64,000 nucleotides of DNA from positions 1,212,316 through 1,276,315 of the forward strand of contig NC_069005.1 in assembly GCF_001194135.2 (NCBI RefSeq), read 5' to 3'. This stretch comes from Octopus bimaculoides. Lineage: Eukaryota. Numbering within the stretch: position 1 is the first letter of the stretch; every line of letters starts with the position of its first letter. A model generated the notes under the pieces. The model was not told where the DNA came from. It did not search any database and saw nothing but the letters and a program-made list of their open reading frames with translations. Position numbers and translations under genes: made by a program. Below are positions 26,768 to 39,929 of this stretch, one piece after another.

Positions 26768-27166
26768 GGTGGTGAGCTGGCAGAATTGTTAGCACACCGG
26801 ACGAAATGTTTTACAGCATTTTGTCCATCTTCAGATTCTGCTTTGGTCAACTTTGCCTTTTATCCTTTAAGCATTGATAAAATGTGTACCAGTTGCATAC
26901 TGAGGTCGATATAACTGACTTAGCCCCTTCCACAAAATTTCAGGTCTTGTGCCTATAGTAGAAAGGATTATTATTATTATTATTATTATTATCATTAATC
27001 TGATTCTATATAAGCTGCCATCTGGTTAAATTTTTTAAAGAATCTTTCTTCAAAACAATCATTGTCTTCTCCAGCAATTTTTCTTTTCTTCTTTTCTCAT
27101 TCATCAGTGTCCCTTTATGGTTTTTTTTGCTGTTGCCAAATATGGTGTGTTTGTGTGTGCTTGTGG

Positions 27167-27204
<38 letters not shown>

Positions 27205-28053
27205 NNNNNNNNNNNNNNNNNNNNNNNNNNNNNNNNNNNNNNNNNNNNNNNNNNNNNNNNNNNNNNNNNNNNNNNNNNNNNNNNNNNNNNNNNNNNNNNN
27301 NNNNNNNNNNNNNNNNNNNNNNNNNNNNNNNNNNNNNNNNNNNNNNNNNNNNNNNNNNNNNNNNNNNNNNNNNNNNNNNNNNNNNNNNNNNNNNNNNNNN
27401 NNNNNNNNNNNNNNNNNNNNNNNNNNNNNNNNNNNNNNNNNNNNNNNNNNNNNNNNNNNNNNNNNNNNNNNNNNNNNNNNNNNNNNNNNNNNNNNNNNNN
27501 NNNNNNNNNNNNNNNNNNNNNNNNNNNNNNNNNNNNNNNNNNNNNNNNNNNNNNNNNNNNNNNNNNNNNNNNNNNNNNNNNNNNNNNNNNNNNNNNNNNN
27601 NNNNNNNNNNNNNNNNNNNNNNNNNNNNNNNNNNNNNNNNNNNNNNNNNNNNNNNNNNNNNNNNNNNNNNNNNNNNNNNNNNNNNNNNNNNNNNNNNNNN
27701 NNNNNNNNNNNNNNNNNNNNNNNNNNNNNNNNNNNNNNNNNNNNNNNNNNNNNNNNNNNNNNNNNNNNNNNNNNNNNNNNNNNNNNNNNNNNNNNNNNNN
27801 NNNNNNNNNNNNNNNNNNNNNNNNNNNNNNNNNNNNNNNNNNNNNNNNNNNNNNNNNNNNNNNNNNNNNNNNNNNNNNNNNNNNNNNNNNNNNNNNNNNN
27901 NNNNNNNNNNNNNNNNNNNNNNNNNNNNNNNNNNNNNNNNNNNNNNNNNNNNNNNNNNNNNNNNNNNNNNNNNNNNNNNNNNNNNNNNNNNNNNNNNNNN
28001 NNNNNNNNNNNNNNNNNNNNNNNNNNNNNNNNNNNNNNNNNNNNNNNNNNNNN
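27205..28053. other. Assembly gap
   Basis: N run. Confidence 1.
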
Positions 28054-31000
28054 TCACCTGTATGTTTACATACCTGCTGAGTATATTTTGCTTTGCTCAA
28101 TACTAAATTTTTTTTTTTTTTTCATTTGTAATACTAAACAATTTTCTAAAGCATCTTCCAATTCTGCTGTTTTAAATCTTTTTTTTTCTTTTCTTTTTAC
28201 TTTTTTTTTTTCATTTAATTCATGAACTTTCTTCCATCGTTTTACTACAGTTTAGCTTTTAAAAAAAAAAAAAACATTTTACTGGCCATTTTCTCGCTGA
28301 GCTAAAGTAGACCTACCAGTCTTCCATTTTCCTATTTCACCAAAACCAGAACCTAACACAGGAATTGAGATATTAACTTATTCTAACCAAATTTAATCTT
28401 ATAGTCCTCATTTTTTTTCTCTCTCTCTCTTTTCATTAATTAGATGGAATGTCAATTAACTTGCAGTTAATTAAAACCGTACGCCAAAACATCTTTCTAT
28501 ACGCACAGTTTTTGTTCCAAACTTATCTTGGATGATGATGACGATAATAATAATAATAATAATACTATGCTATACTCTCCCATAATCATCTGACTTTACA
28601 TATTGGTGCTTCTAATCTATTGTGCCAAGAGGAAAAATCAGCTCCAATCTATCTGAAGCTGTTCATTTTTTTTCTTCCCCACTTTTTTTCTTTTTTCTTT
28701 TTCGAGGTGACAAAGCATTATTTTTTTTTTTTTTTTTATCTCTTACTTTAGCATGCACATCTTTCATTTTAATCCTGTAGCTATGTAGTGTTGCATATTC
28801 TGCTAGTAGATTTCTTTTCTTTTTTTTAAACCATTCTAGTGTTTTTTTTTTAGAGTCTTGTATTGCTCAACTTCTGAGAGTGCCAGTCCAAAACAGACCT
28901 GCACTTGTGGTGCTTACCTGTTTGCTGTCACTGATTCTCTTGCTACCGACAATCACATTCCTACCTATTTGGCAATTCCATATTAAATAACATTAATGGT
29001 GGCGAGTTGGCAGAAATAGAACACTGAATTGGGTCTTCATTTCTTTGTACTCTTTTTTCTTTTCTTTTTCAAACTCAAATCCTGCTGAGGTCTACCTTGC
29101 CTTTTATCCCACCAATTTTAATGAGAATTAAGTACCAGTCATATTCATGGATTCAATAACAATCGACTAGTGCAACCCTGGCTAAAAATTGACCAAGTCT
29201 CAGATCAGTTAAAATCACAATAACTATAAACAACACGAGTCCCTGATCTTCTAAGAAAGTGGAGGGGTAAAAAAAAAGAGAGAAAAACAAAAAAATATTG
29301 CTTCAGTTTATTTATCATTTTGTTAATATTCTTTTTTTCTTTTATTGTTATCTCCTTCTCCCATATAAAAAAATAGTGTCCAAATATTTTGTGTGCATTA
29401 TTTTATTAATTTTGGATGTGCCCCCCCCCTTCTTCCCCATTCACCATTAATTATAATATTGTGACTGACTCCACAATGGCTGTGAGTGTGGCGTGGGCAT
29501 GAGCAACTGTTTATCATACAGTCACCATCTGATTAGCTCAGACTTTTCATTGAGACCATTGGCATTTTTCAAAGAATTACAGTGCCTGCATCTTCTTCAC
29601 TATTTTTCTATTGATATATTTTAACCCCTGAAAATGAAGTCGTATATTATGTGTATATAAATGCGTGTGTGTATGTGTATGTGTGTGTGTAGACATATAT
29701 ATATTTGCATACACCCACGTGTATATGTGTGTGTGTGTCTGTGTATGTATACATATATATATATGTATATATATACATACATGAATGTGCATGTGTGTGT
29801 GTGTATGCATATATATGAGATATATTCACACATACAGGTAAAAATCTATAATATATATACACACACACACACACACAAATTGTGTTTGTTTGTATATGCA
29901 TGAAGTACACACAGACAGACATCTGTGTATTGAGTCATATCCTTCCATTCTTGACTCTCTCTCATAATTCCTCAATTGTTTCTTCTCTTCCTGGTATCAA
30001 TGATCCCATCCTCTGGTTAAACTTACTGAGCTGCTGCTGCTGCCTGACATCTAAACTCTGATGAATTGAGCTCATTCTTTCTTTCTTTCTTCCTTCCTTC
30101 CTTCCTTCCTTCCTTCTCTTCCCCTGCCACCTGTCGGTCCAGAAGCTGACTGGACACAAAAATGATATTGTGTGATTGAAAATAAAAACAAAACAAACTC
30201 TGCTTACTACATTGTATTGTATTTATTTTTTATTTATATTGATTCTTCCTTTTATGGCTGTTTATTTTCATCAATTCCGGTGGATAGGTAGATACATTTT
30301 GCCCCCCCCCCCCCCCCCTCCTCCTCATCTATCCTTTGTTCTTTTTTTTTTTTCTCTTTTTATTTGATTGGAAGCTTTGAAAATAACTGCCTTTGAAAAA
30401 TATATATATATGTGTATTTATGTATTCATATGTGTAGATATATGTATATATAAATATGTGAATGTGTGTGAGTGTTTATTTTCATATATATATATATGTA
30501 TATATATATAAACACTCACACATGTATATACATTACATATGTGTGCATTTGTGCACATGTGTATATTTGGAGAAAAATACTGACTCCATCTATCCATAGA
30601 TGATGTTAACATTCTAGCTGCCATAAGGAAGATTTTTTCTTCCTTTCACTGCAAAGAGAAAAATGAATAAAATATAAGTTGATGTTAATGAATTGTTCTC
30701 TCTCTCTCTCCTCTTCCTCCTCCTTTTCAGACACACTTCACATATTCTGTTTTTACTTACCTCGTAATTTCTTGTGCAATGACACAGTACTACATAAAAC
30801 TGTAGCAGTCAACCAGTCCTGAAATATGCGATATCACATAAATTCTACTAACCTTGCTTACATTCATTTTGAAGTAAGGGCCATAACTCTAATTTATTTC
30901 TCTTCTGTGAAAAAAAAACAATTTCCAAGACTGGTCTGATGTTTTTCGCTTTTTTGATCTGGAAAATTTTCAACAGAATGTTAAAATTTAAAGCAAAAAG

Positions 31001-31956
31001 AATGGAAATTTTATTTTGAAATTCCTGTGTGTCAAGAATGAGACAACACAGCAGGTACCATTAATGAACTAACGTTTTATTTTTGGCTTCGACACAGTGT
31101 TGCCAGATTTTAAAGATTTCCTTATGGCATAGTCAGAGGAGAGCACGCAAGGCCTCTGAAAAGAATATGAGAAAGATGGAAGAAACTAGAATTTATTGAG
31201 TACAATGCATCTGATGGACTTCTGATTTCACATATAAGGCATGAGTCAATCAGAGGTTATGGTAGAAGATACTTGCCCAAGGTATGACTCAGTGGGATCA
31301 AATCCAAAACTAAATGATTGCAAATGAAACTTGTTTCTTCTATAGTCATAAATGGCCCCCACATCTATACAAAGTAACTTGTTTTCTGACAAACAGGCCA
31401 ACAGCAGAGTCTCTATGTTGTACTTTTGTTAAAATTAGCATCCAAATCTCTCTTGTCACACCCTATTGTTTTAAAAAGGGGGAGATACATTGAATAATGT
31501 ACTCTTGGATGTATTTTACCTGAAAAACTAGAGGGGATGGTCGTGGCTGGCCTGGGACTAAGATTCAACAGCTGTTGTAGAGCCACCACATATGTGATGT
31601 CAGATGTAGTGTTGACTGATACACTGAACACTTGTGAATAGATTCCAGAAGGTTTTATCTGGCAGTGATAAAGTAGCTGGGTGGCGTTGAGAAGTTTCTT
31701 TCCCAGTCACATGGTTTCAAGTTCAATCCCATTGTGCAGCACCTTGACAAAAGCTTTGTGAGTAGATCTGGTAGACAGAAACTGAAAGAAGCACATAGTA
31801 TGTGAGAGTGTGTGTGTGTATATATATATATGTGTGTGTGTGTGTGTTCATGTCCCTGTCATATAAGCAGTGTTATTTATTTTCAACTTTTCATGAAAAC
31901 TTGTCTGGCCAGAGGGAAATATAACCTTGCTTGGAAACAAAAAGGGCCGTATAACT

Positions 31957-32114
31957 GAGTTTCGGATGCCGGGGTGGGAACCCCCGCCAACATCTCTTCA
32001 GTTATCCAGCCATTGAAAATTCCTTTGTTTAACGGTCATTTTTCACAGGAATTTTCAATGGCCAGATAACTGAAGAGATGTTGGCGGGGGTTCCCACCCC
32101 GGCATCTGAAACTC
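31957..32114. repeat. Fold-back inverted repeat, 68-bp arms (65/68 matching), 22-nt spacer
   Basis: 31957-32024 is the reverse complement of 32047-32114. Confidence 0.95.
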
Positions 32115-32129
32115 GGAGTTTTATCATGG
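32062..32129 (+). ncRNA. Type I hammerhead-ribozyme-like motif
   Basis: GATAA-CTGAAGA-[GATG...CATC hairpin]-T-GAAA-CTC-G-GAGT-T-TTATC: core nucleotides plus stems I, II and III all present. Confidence 0.6.
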
Positions 32130-32154
32130 TTACCGAATAAGTGTCACATATTTT

Positions 32155-32193
<39 letters not shown>

Positions 32194-33752
32194 ACCTGGT
32201 TCGCCAGTCCTCAGTCAAATCGTCCAACCCATGCTAGCATGGATAGCAGACGTTAAACGATGATGATGATACACACATGAATATGATGGGGCTTCATTCG
32301 GTTTCCATTTCTGTCTTCCAAAGATACTTGCCGAAGGTGCCATGCAGTAGGACTGAACCTGAAACCACATTTCTGCAGCAAACATCTTAACCTCCAAGCC
32401 AAACGCTATGCTTTGCAGTTTAAACAAAAAGCAGATCATAAATAAAACCTTGATTACAGACAACCAGGCATTCAATGGCAAAAATCCATAACAGATGCTG
32501 TGTCCTGATTGTTTCATTGCTATCAAAACATTGACAAAGAAGGAGTTCTTACTTCCTCATTGATCAGATAACTCTTAACTCTCTTGTAATCATACTTATA
32601 GGGTTTATCTTTTGAATCTAAACGACATTTCCTGATCCACTATGATTTCACAATCATGACATTTCAAACATTGTAATCTAAATTACTTGGGGCACGTTTC
32701 CCTGAGTGGATATGAAAGGTCTTTAGCAAGCCTTTGAGGAATGGTTGTTGTTTGGCCCCAAGATAGACTTGCCTGAGGACACTGCAGTCTTGAATCTCTT
32801 CTCTTTTCTGAAGATTTCAGAGATATTTGGCTGCTATTTCTAACTGGTCAAGCAACTATGTGGTGAGATTTTCTTGTAAGCAGAAGTGTTTGTTTACAAG
32901 TTATTGCAAAATGAGAGAAGACAAGGGGAAAATATGTTTTGTTTTTATGTCCATTTTTACCATTCTAGCATGGAATGGATTATTGATGCCTTGGTCTACA
33001 GCCAGAGGCCCTTGTTGTCACTAATTCTTACCTGTTTTCAAGGAAGGGCTCTTACATTTGACATTTCTTCAAAGGCCTGAAGCAAGAGGAGAATAGATGA
33101 AACTACCAACCTCGCCCATCACTCAGAGTGAGTGACTTCTCAAGGAGTGCAAATGGAAACAAACGTAGATTCACATCTGCATGTACACACACACATGCAT
33201 GCAAACATACACATATGTACGATGGGCTTCTTTCAGTTTCCACCTAACAAATTCATTCACAAGGCATTGGTTGACCCCAAGGACACTTGCTCAAGTTGCC
33301 ACACTGTAGACTGAACTCAAAACCACATGGTTGGGAAGAGGACCTGTTAGCAGCCAGCCATACCTGCTGGTTCATATTTCAGCCATGGCTATAGTAGAAG
33401 ACACTTGCCCGAAGTTCCACACAGTGGGACTGAACCTGCAACTATGTGACCGGGAAGCAAACTTCTTACCACACAGCCACGCCTGCCCCATACATCTGTA
33501 CTCCATCCGTTTTAGATTGCATTGTAAATAAATACAGAAGTTCGTTTAGAAAACCTTTCACTTCAACCTCAGATGTTGGCTGGCTCTGTGCGGTCTGCAA
33601 GGGCACACTTTACGTTGGAGCATCGGATGTACTATTTAAAGATCTGTCGATACGTGGTATTTCGTTATACAAACACAGTATACTATACAGTATATTAAAT
33701 GTTTTAAAAAGTCAATCCTACGTTCTACTGCATTATAAAATGCCTTTTACAT

Positions 33753-34015
33753 TATTCTGTTAAGGTTATTTCTACAGATTATTCTATTAGAAATTATAGC
33801 CAGCACTGATTTTTGCTACATCGTTTCGTATCGAGACGTCAGGTGTAAATAAACAATGAGATCAAAGACAAAGGTGAGTAATTTTTACCCAGTTTTTGTC
33901 TTCGATATCTCATTGTTTGTTTCTATCTGAAGTCTCGATACGAAACGATGTAGCAAAAATCAGCGCTGGCTATAATTTCCATAGAACAATCTGTAGAAAT
34001 AACCTTAACAGAATA
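33753..34015. repeat. Fold-back inverted repeat, arms of about 120 bp, 22-nt spacer
   Basis: 33753-33872 pairs with 33895-34015 with scattered mismatches. Confidence 0.92.
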
Positions 34016-37000
34016 TTAAACGAAAACCGAATAAACTCTTGCCACCACCGTTCGTAAGTGTTCTTGTTGCATTCAAGATAACACAAACCCTGAGAGAGAA
34101 AGCTTTCAGCCCACCAACTATTTTATCTCATTTAACAACACTGACGGGTCATCGGGTCGACCCTCCACTTAACCATAACGCGGCAACACCTCACTTTCCT
34201 CTGTTGATTTGACTGCCACCACCACTACTACGACGACGACTACTACAGCTGCTGTTGCTGCTTCCTCTGTCACCACTACCGCTCTGTGTGTGTAAACTTG
34301 GCTATGAGGTGCAAGTCTCGCAGTATGGTCGATAAGTTCGTTTCCGACCCACATGGCTTCAGGTTCAGTCCCGTTGCATGGCACCTTAAGCATGGATCTT
34401 CTACTGTGACCCCCAGGTTGGCCAAAGACATGTGAGTGAATTTGGTGGGTGGAAACTGAAAGAAGCCCATTATTCATACACACACATATGTATATATATA
34501 TATAGATATACATGTGTGTGTATGTGTATATTATGTATGTATAAAAAAAAATGAGAAACAGAAAATAGAATTTACAACACTTTATTCAGAAGCACTCCAA
34601 TTGTTTTGACTCCTCATACACCTGTACTCTACGGGTAAGATGCTGTACAATCAATTCTGTCTCTCACTTTTTTTTAATATAAACTATGGACATAAAAGAA
34701 TTCTTGAAGTCCAGTAGCATATACCTCAATTCTGTTGTTGACATCAGGTAGCCAAATACTGTGAATGAACTTTAAACAGCATACTACAAAGAGTATGCCT
34801 AAATATAAAATTAATACTCTGTGTGTGTTATTCAATAACAGTCTGACATAGCTCCATGCATTTAAAAGTTTCCTAGGCTCATTCTACGAGTTTGTCAGGC
34901 ATTTGGAGAGCAAGTAACAGGAAATGAGACAAATTAAAGTTGGCTTCTGTATGTTGATTGGTTGACTGAGATCATGTGGTGTCATTGGTTTGGAAGCAGT
35001 ATCAGTTCTTATTCTTTGTTCTCAGGTCTATGTGGTTGGACAAGATGCTGGCAGGCAGCTGTGACCACTTTGCTTGAAGGCTCTGGTATTGCTTATTTGG
35101 TGGCAGATATTGAAATGATGATGATGATATATATCACAAAAAAAGCAACATAAAAATCTCCTGCACAATTTAAATAGCCATATATATATATATATATATA
35201 TGAATATAAATTTAAATTAAATAGAAAATGGAGAGATCTTGATCAACAACAATTGACTACCATCGGTTATTATTTTTTGATACAAAACTTTATCTCCTCT
35301 AACAGCCGTTTCTGCTTCCATATTTTATAACACATCCAATCTGGAAAATGGAGCTTCATCAGAGTGAAGAAAAGTACATAAAAGAAAAGAAAAGAAGAGC
35401 CTCGAGAGGAGGAATGAAGGCTTAATATTATCTGAGTCATACCATTTTGCAGTGTAACGCTTCAGGCTGTTGAGTAAATGACTAAACTAGAAAATTAATT
35501 GGTGGGTTGATCTTTCTTTAGGGGTAACAGGGTGTATAAATAATAAAAAGTAAAATAAGTACTTTAGTATAATGGGATACACCAATAGATGTAGAAAAAG
35601 GGGGAGTGATAGTGCCATAATGTTTAGAAGTAATCATAACAGTTCTTAAGAGTACGTGAATAATACTAATTAATATTTATCCAAATAACATGCCCATAAG
35701 TTAATTACATTTATTTACTTACTGATATATTGTAAAGACCCCAGGATTTATTTTTTGTGTAAAGCCTTGTACTTATTTTATTATTCACTTTTTGCCAAAC
35801 TGCTAAGCTTCGGGGATGTAAACACACTAACACCGGTTGTCACGTAGTGGTGCGGGACAAACACAAAAACACACACACATGATAGGCTTTCAGTTTCCAT
35901 CTACCAAATCCACTCAAGGCTTTGGTTGGTCAGAGGTTATAATAGAAGAAACTTGCCCAAGGTGCCATGCAATGGGACTGAACTTGGAACCATGTGGTTG
36001 GGAAGCAAACTTCTTACCACACAGCTACACTTGTTAACTTCTAGAAAATCTTTTGGTTTTATTTATTGATCTGTGAATATATTTGAATGATAAGAAGTCA
36101 GAAAAGTTAAGAGGAGGAAACTGTCAAGTTGTCAAGGTAGTTAGCTGGGTATCTAGGAGACAGAAAGTTATAAAGTCGTATCTTAAGATATACTGTTACA
36201 AGGAAAAAGCTAAAATATTTTATCTTCCTGACAAAAGGCTTGACTTGAAATTTTAAAGTAGGATTATTCAGCAACAGAATAAAGTGTGTTGCTGTAGTTT
36301 GTTCAGGATGTAAAGGAGGGTTTGTTGTAATGCTATTGTTTTCTGGGTAGGGTATGCTGTATATATTAAAGACCATTTCAATGACAGTATTTGGGAGTGC
36401 TTCTGATATAATATACCTGCCTACTATGACCTGGTAAAACACTTAAAGTGAACGAGTTAAATGTCAGTAATTTTAGGTGTGACACAGATCTACACAAGAT
36501 CCCACCTACCTTTATCCAAACAGTCATTTCTTTCAAATTTTCTTCATATTCAGTTTTTTTTTTGCCATTCATTATTGAGGTTTATCATTCAACCTTCATT
36601 AACTCGTCTTTTCTGAAACTGTTTTTTTTAAATATATAATCGTACGTATTGTTATGTGTTAAAATTTGCTTTCCAATAATACAGGACTGAACCTTGGACA
36701 AGTGGCCAAGCACATTGCATTTTCTCTCCTCTTGCACGTCAACAGCTCCTTTGATTAGACAGGGTACAATGTGACCATCTGGTACGTTGCATTTTTCGCT
36801 CCCTTCTCTATCAAAAGATCCTTATGATGACCACAGCAGTAAAGGCAAATGTAGACGCTAAAATACAACAGTTGTTTGACGGTTTATAATCGAACAGAAA
36901 ACCTCAGACAAGCAACGCTAATGATGCTGGATCTATTTCCGTATCCTTGTCTGGACTGGGTGATTACTCTTATGATGACATTATTCTGGTGCAATGGCAG

Positions 37001-37967
37001 GAGAGTTTACAGTAGATGTTTCAGGTTCATTAAACTTACAGCAGCAGAGTGAATTGAAGCTTGTTACAGCAATTAAATAAATATACCTTTTAGATGTTAA
37101 GGTGGTGTATCAGTGCATCATAGCTGCTCCCTAGAGGGGAAGTGTAGCTGGCCCCAACAAAAATGGTTTATTGCATAGGTGGTCCATAGTCAACCCCTTC
37201 AAGGCTACTTTGTTCCCATACAGTTTTCTTGTCAGTCAGATGGCAACAGCCACCAGATCTCTTCCAACTTCAATTCCTGCCAGGTAATATTGACCAATAG
37301 TGCTGTGATTCCAACCAAATGTGCTTTCGCAAAAATTCCAAGATTGGCAGGTGTCAAAAAAAAAAATCAATATGACAAGGTGACATTTGAAGGGAGGGGC
37401 AGACAATCGAAGAGGTTGCTAGTGTTGGAAACATTAACTTATGAAGTTAAAGAAGTGATTTTAAATTCTCCATCGCAGGATGATGCTAATAATATAGCCT
37501 GAACAGGATAAGCTACTATTTTGCCGAAAAAGTGTAGGTGGTTAGCCAAATATTTGGAGCAGGAGACTTGATCCATATTTTGACAACAAAATTATCTCTG
37601 TTAAAGTTATCAACACATTTGTATTCTCAGATTGTAGTCAAAGATCCCATCCATGTCACCCTCCTTTGAAATTATTCATTTTACTATAAAATGAAGAAAA
37701 ACCAGAATACACAAAGTTTTCTTAATGAAACATGCTTTTTTATTGCTGATTGTTTATTTTCGAATTTTTACATTTTTTTACAAATTTTTTCTTCTTCCAT
37801 AATTGTTGTTTGGGTGAAATGATGTTTCATCGGAGCAATAAAATTTTTATGACCAGAAGTTATTTTTTAAGGAAAACTTGGCTTCCACATAAAGGATGAC
37901 AAAACTGAGACAAAAAATGCATGGTTTAGCAGATCTCTCCAACCCATGTTAAACTGGAATCATTCAA

Positions 37968-37998
<31 letters not shown>

Positions 37999-38149
37999 GG
38001 GTGATGAGGAGGAGAAGGACGAAGGGAACAATGGTGATGATGATGATGATAATGATGATGATAATGATGGTAATGAGATCCTACCCTACTCAATTCAGTT
38101 CTTAACTTCACAGCCACTGGACTTTCTAAATTAATTAATTCTTTCTAAT

Positions 38150-38703
38150 TTAGGCACAAAGCCAACAACTTTCAGGTGCATGGGTGGGGAGTTGATTCAA
38201 TCCATCTCTCATCTCTTAACTGGTTCTTTGACTCCAAAAGGATGAAAGGTAAAGTTGACCTTAATGGCATTTGATCTCAGAACACAAAGAGCTGCAAGAA
38301 ATGCCACTGAACATTTTATCCAAAGTGCTAACAATTCTGTCAGCTCATTAATAATAACCAAAGTTAACCAATCCCTTCGACTAGGGAAACACACAACAAA
38401 AGCCTTCATGGGATGATCCCCACATTTGCAAGTGGGCTTTATTGATAAAATAATAATAATAATAATATCAACAAGGATAATGGTTTCAAATTTTGACTCA
38501 AGGCCAACAGATTAGAGGAATGGGCTAAGTCAGTTAAATTAACCCAAGTATGCAACTGGTACTTAATTTATTGACCCTGAAAGGATGAAAGGCAAGGTCA
38601 ACCTCGGTGGAATTTGAACTCAGAATGTAAAGACGGACGAAAAGCCGCTGAGCATTTTGCCCAACGTGCTAACGATTCTGCCAGCTTACCACCTTCGATA
38701 ATG

Positions 38704-38741
<38 letters not shown>

Positions 38742-38950
38742 CCTTTCTAATAAAGGCACAAGGCCTGAAATTTGGGGAGAGGGGACTAGTTGATCATGTT
38801 GACCCCAGTATTTAACTGGTACTTAATTTATCAATGCCAAAAGGATGGATGAAAAGCAAAGTCAACCTTGGCAGAATTTGAACTCTGAATGTAAAAAGGA
38901 TGAGTGAAACATGCTTGGCATGCTAACGGTTCTGCCAGTTTGCCACCTTT
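38150..38950 (-). mobile_element. Three head-to-tail Nin-like SINE copies separated by (AAT)n
   Basis: Recurring ggatgaaaggNaaagtcaacct...gaatttgaactcagaa at about 38230, 38580 and 38850. Confidence 0.75.
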
Positions 38951-39535
38951 AACGATGATGATGATGATGATGATGATAGCAAAATTTAGAAGAATGATTT
39001 TTTTAAAGTTAACTTTTTCACAACCCACAAATAAAAGAAAAAAATGAAAAAAAAACCCCTAAGATTGGTACTTACAGCTGAGCCTTCTTTCCCCTTGGAC
39101 AGGGGACCCAGCTTGCTCTGGATAACTTTTGTAGAAGACTTGAAACATGTTCCTAACAGCAAAGTGAAGTGAAGTAATGAAGAAAAAAAAAAAAACCCAA
39201 ATGAATTTGAACTCACAACTCACAGGTCCATAAATTCAAAGCCTTATTCATTCAACCATGTCATATTTGAAAAAAAACAAAACAAAAACAAAGAAACAAA
39301 TGGGTAAAAAATATAAATAAATAAAAACCACATAAATTTTTACCCCCACCACCATTTTCTTCATCGCTCTTACATTTTTTCTTTTTTTTTATGAATTTCA
39401 GAGTAAAACAGTTATTCTACAGACAAAACATAACTAAAATATATTTGTAAATAAAATAAAATAAAAATAAAAATGCATAAAGTCGTTCATTTTGTTTTGT
39501 TTTGTTTTTTTTTGTTTTGTTTTGTGTTTTTATTG

Positions 39536-39832
39536 TTATACTATCATCGTCCTTGTTCGTGGGTGTCTGTGGTATTTTAGAATTTCTTGTTTGTTAATAA
39601 TTATTTTTGTACTAAAAAGACACGACAGCAGCCCCATCACACCAGCGGTGAGGATGTAAGAGAGAACGGTGCCCGTTAAGTGTACAACATAACCCATTAA
39701 TCCAGACAAGATGACTTGCGACATGAAATAAGTGCTGTCCAAGATGGCCATGTCGGTAGCAATGCCACGAATTTGATGTGAATGAGAAGGGCTGCCACTG
39801 CTCGTTGGTCGTTCGACGTCAAAGAAGAACAC
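39536..39832 (-). CDS. SLC45A3: SLC45A3-like last coding exon (VFFFDVER...RGIATDMAILDSTYFMSQV...RTMIV*)
   Basis: tattccag acceptor, phase 0 join to the upstream exon. Matches human RGICLDLAILDSAFLLSQV. Confidence 0.93.
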   Translation of the reverse strand: MFFFDVERPTSSGSPSHSHQIRGIATDMAILDSTYFMSQVILSGLMGYVVHLTGTVLSYILTAGVMGLLSCLFSTKIIINKQEILKYHRHPRTRTMIV

Positions 39833-39929
39833 CTGGAATAAAAAGACATAAAAAGAAACAATGAAATATTTGGGTTAGTTTTGGAAATAGGTTTTTGAAG
39901 GTAACAGACAAGAGTCAGCTAAAACAAAT

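Noticed and set aside
19116-28225. Long ORFs spanning N runs (also 1438-2037, 47744-48758 and 57903-58636)
   Set aside because: Artefacts of assembly gaps and (TA)/(CA) repeats.
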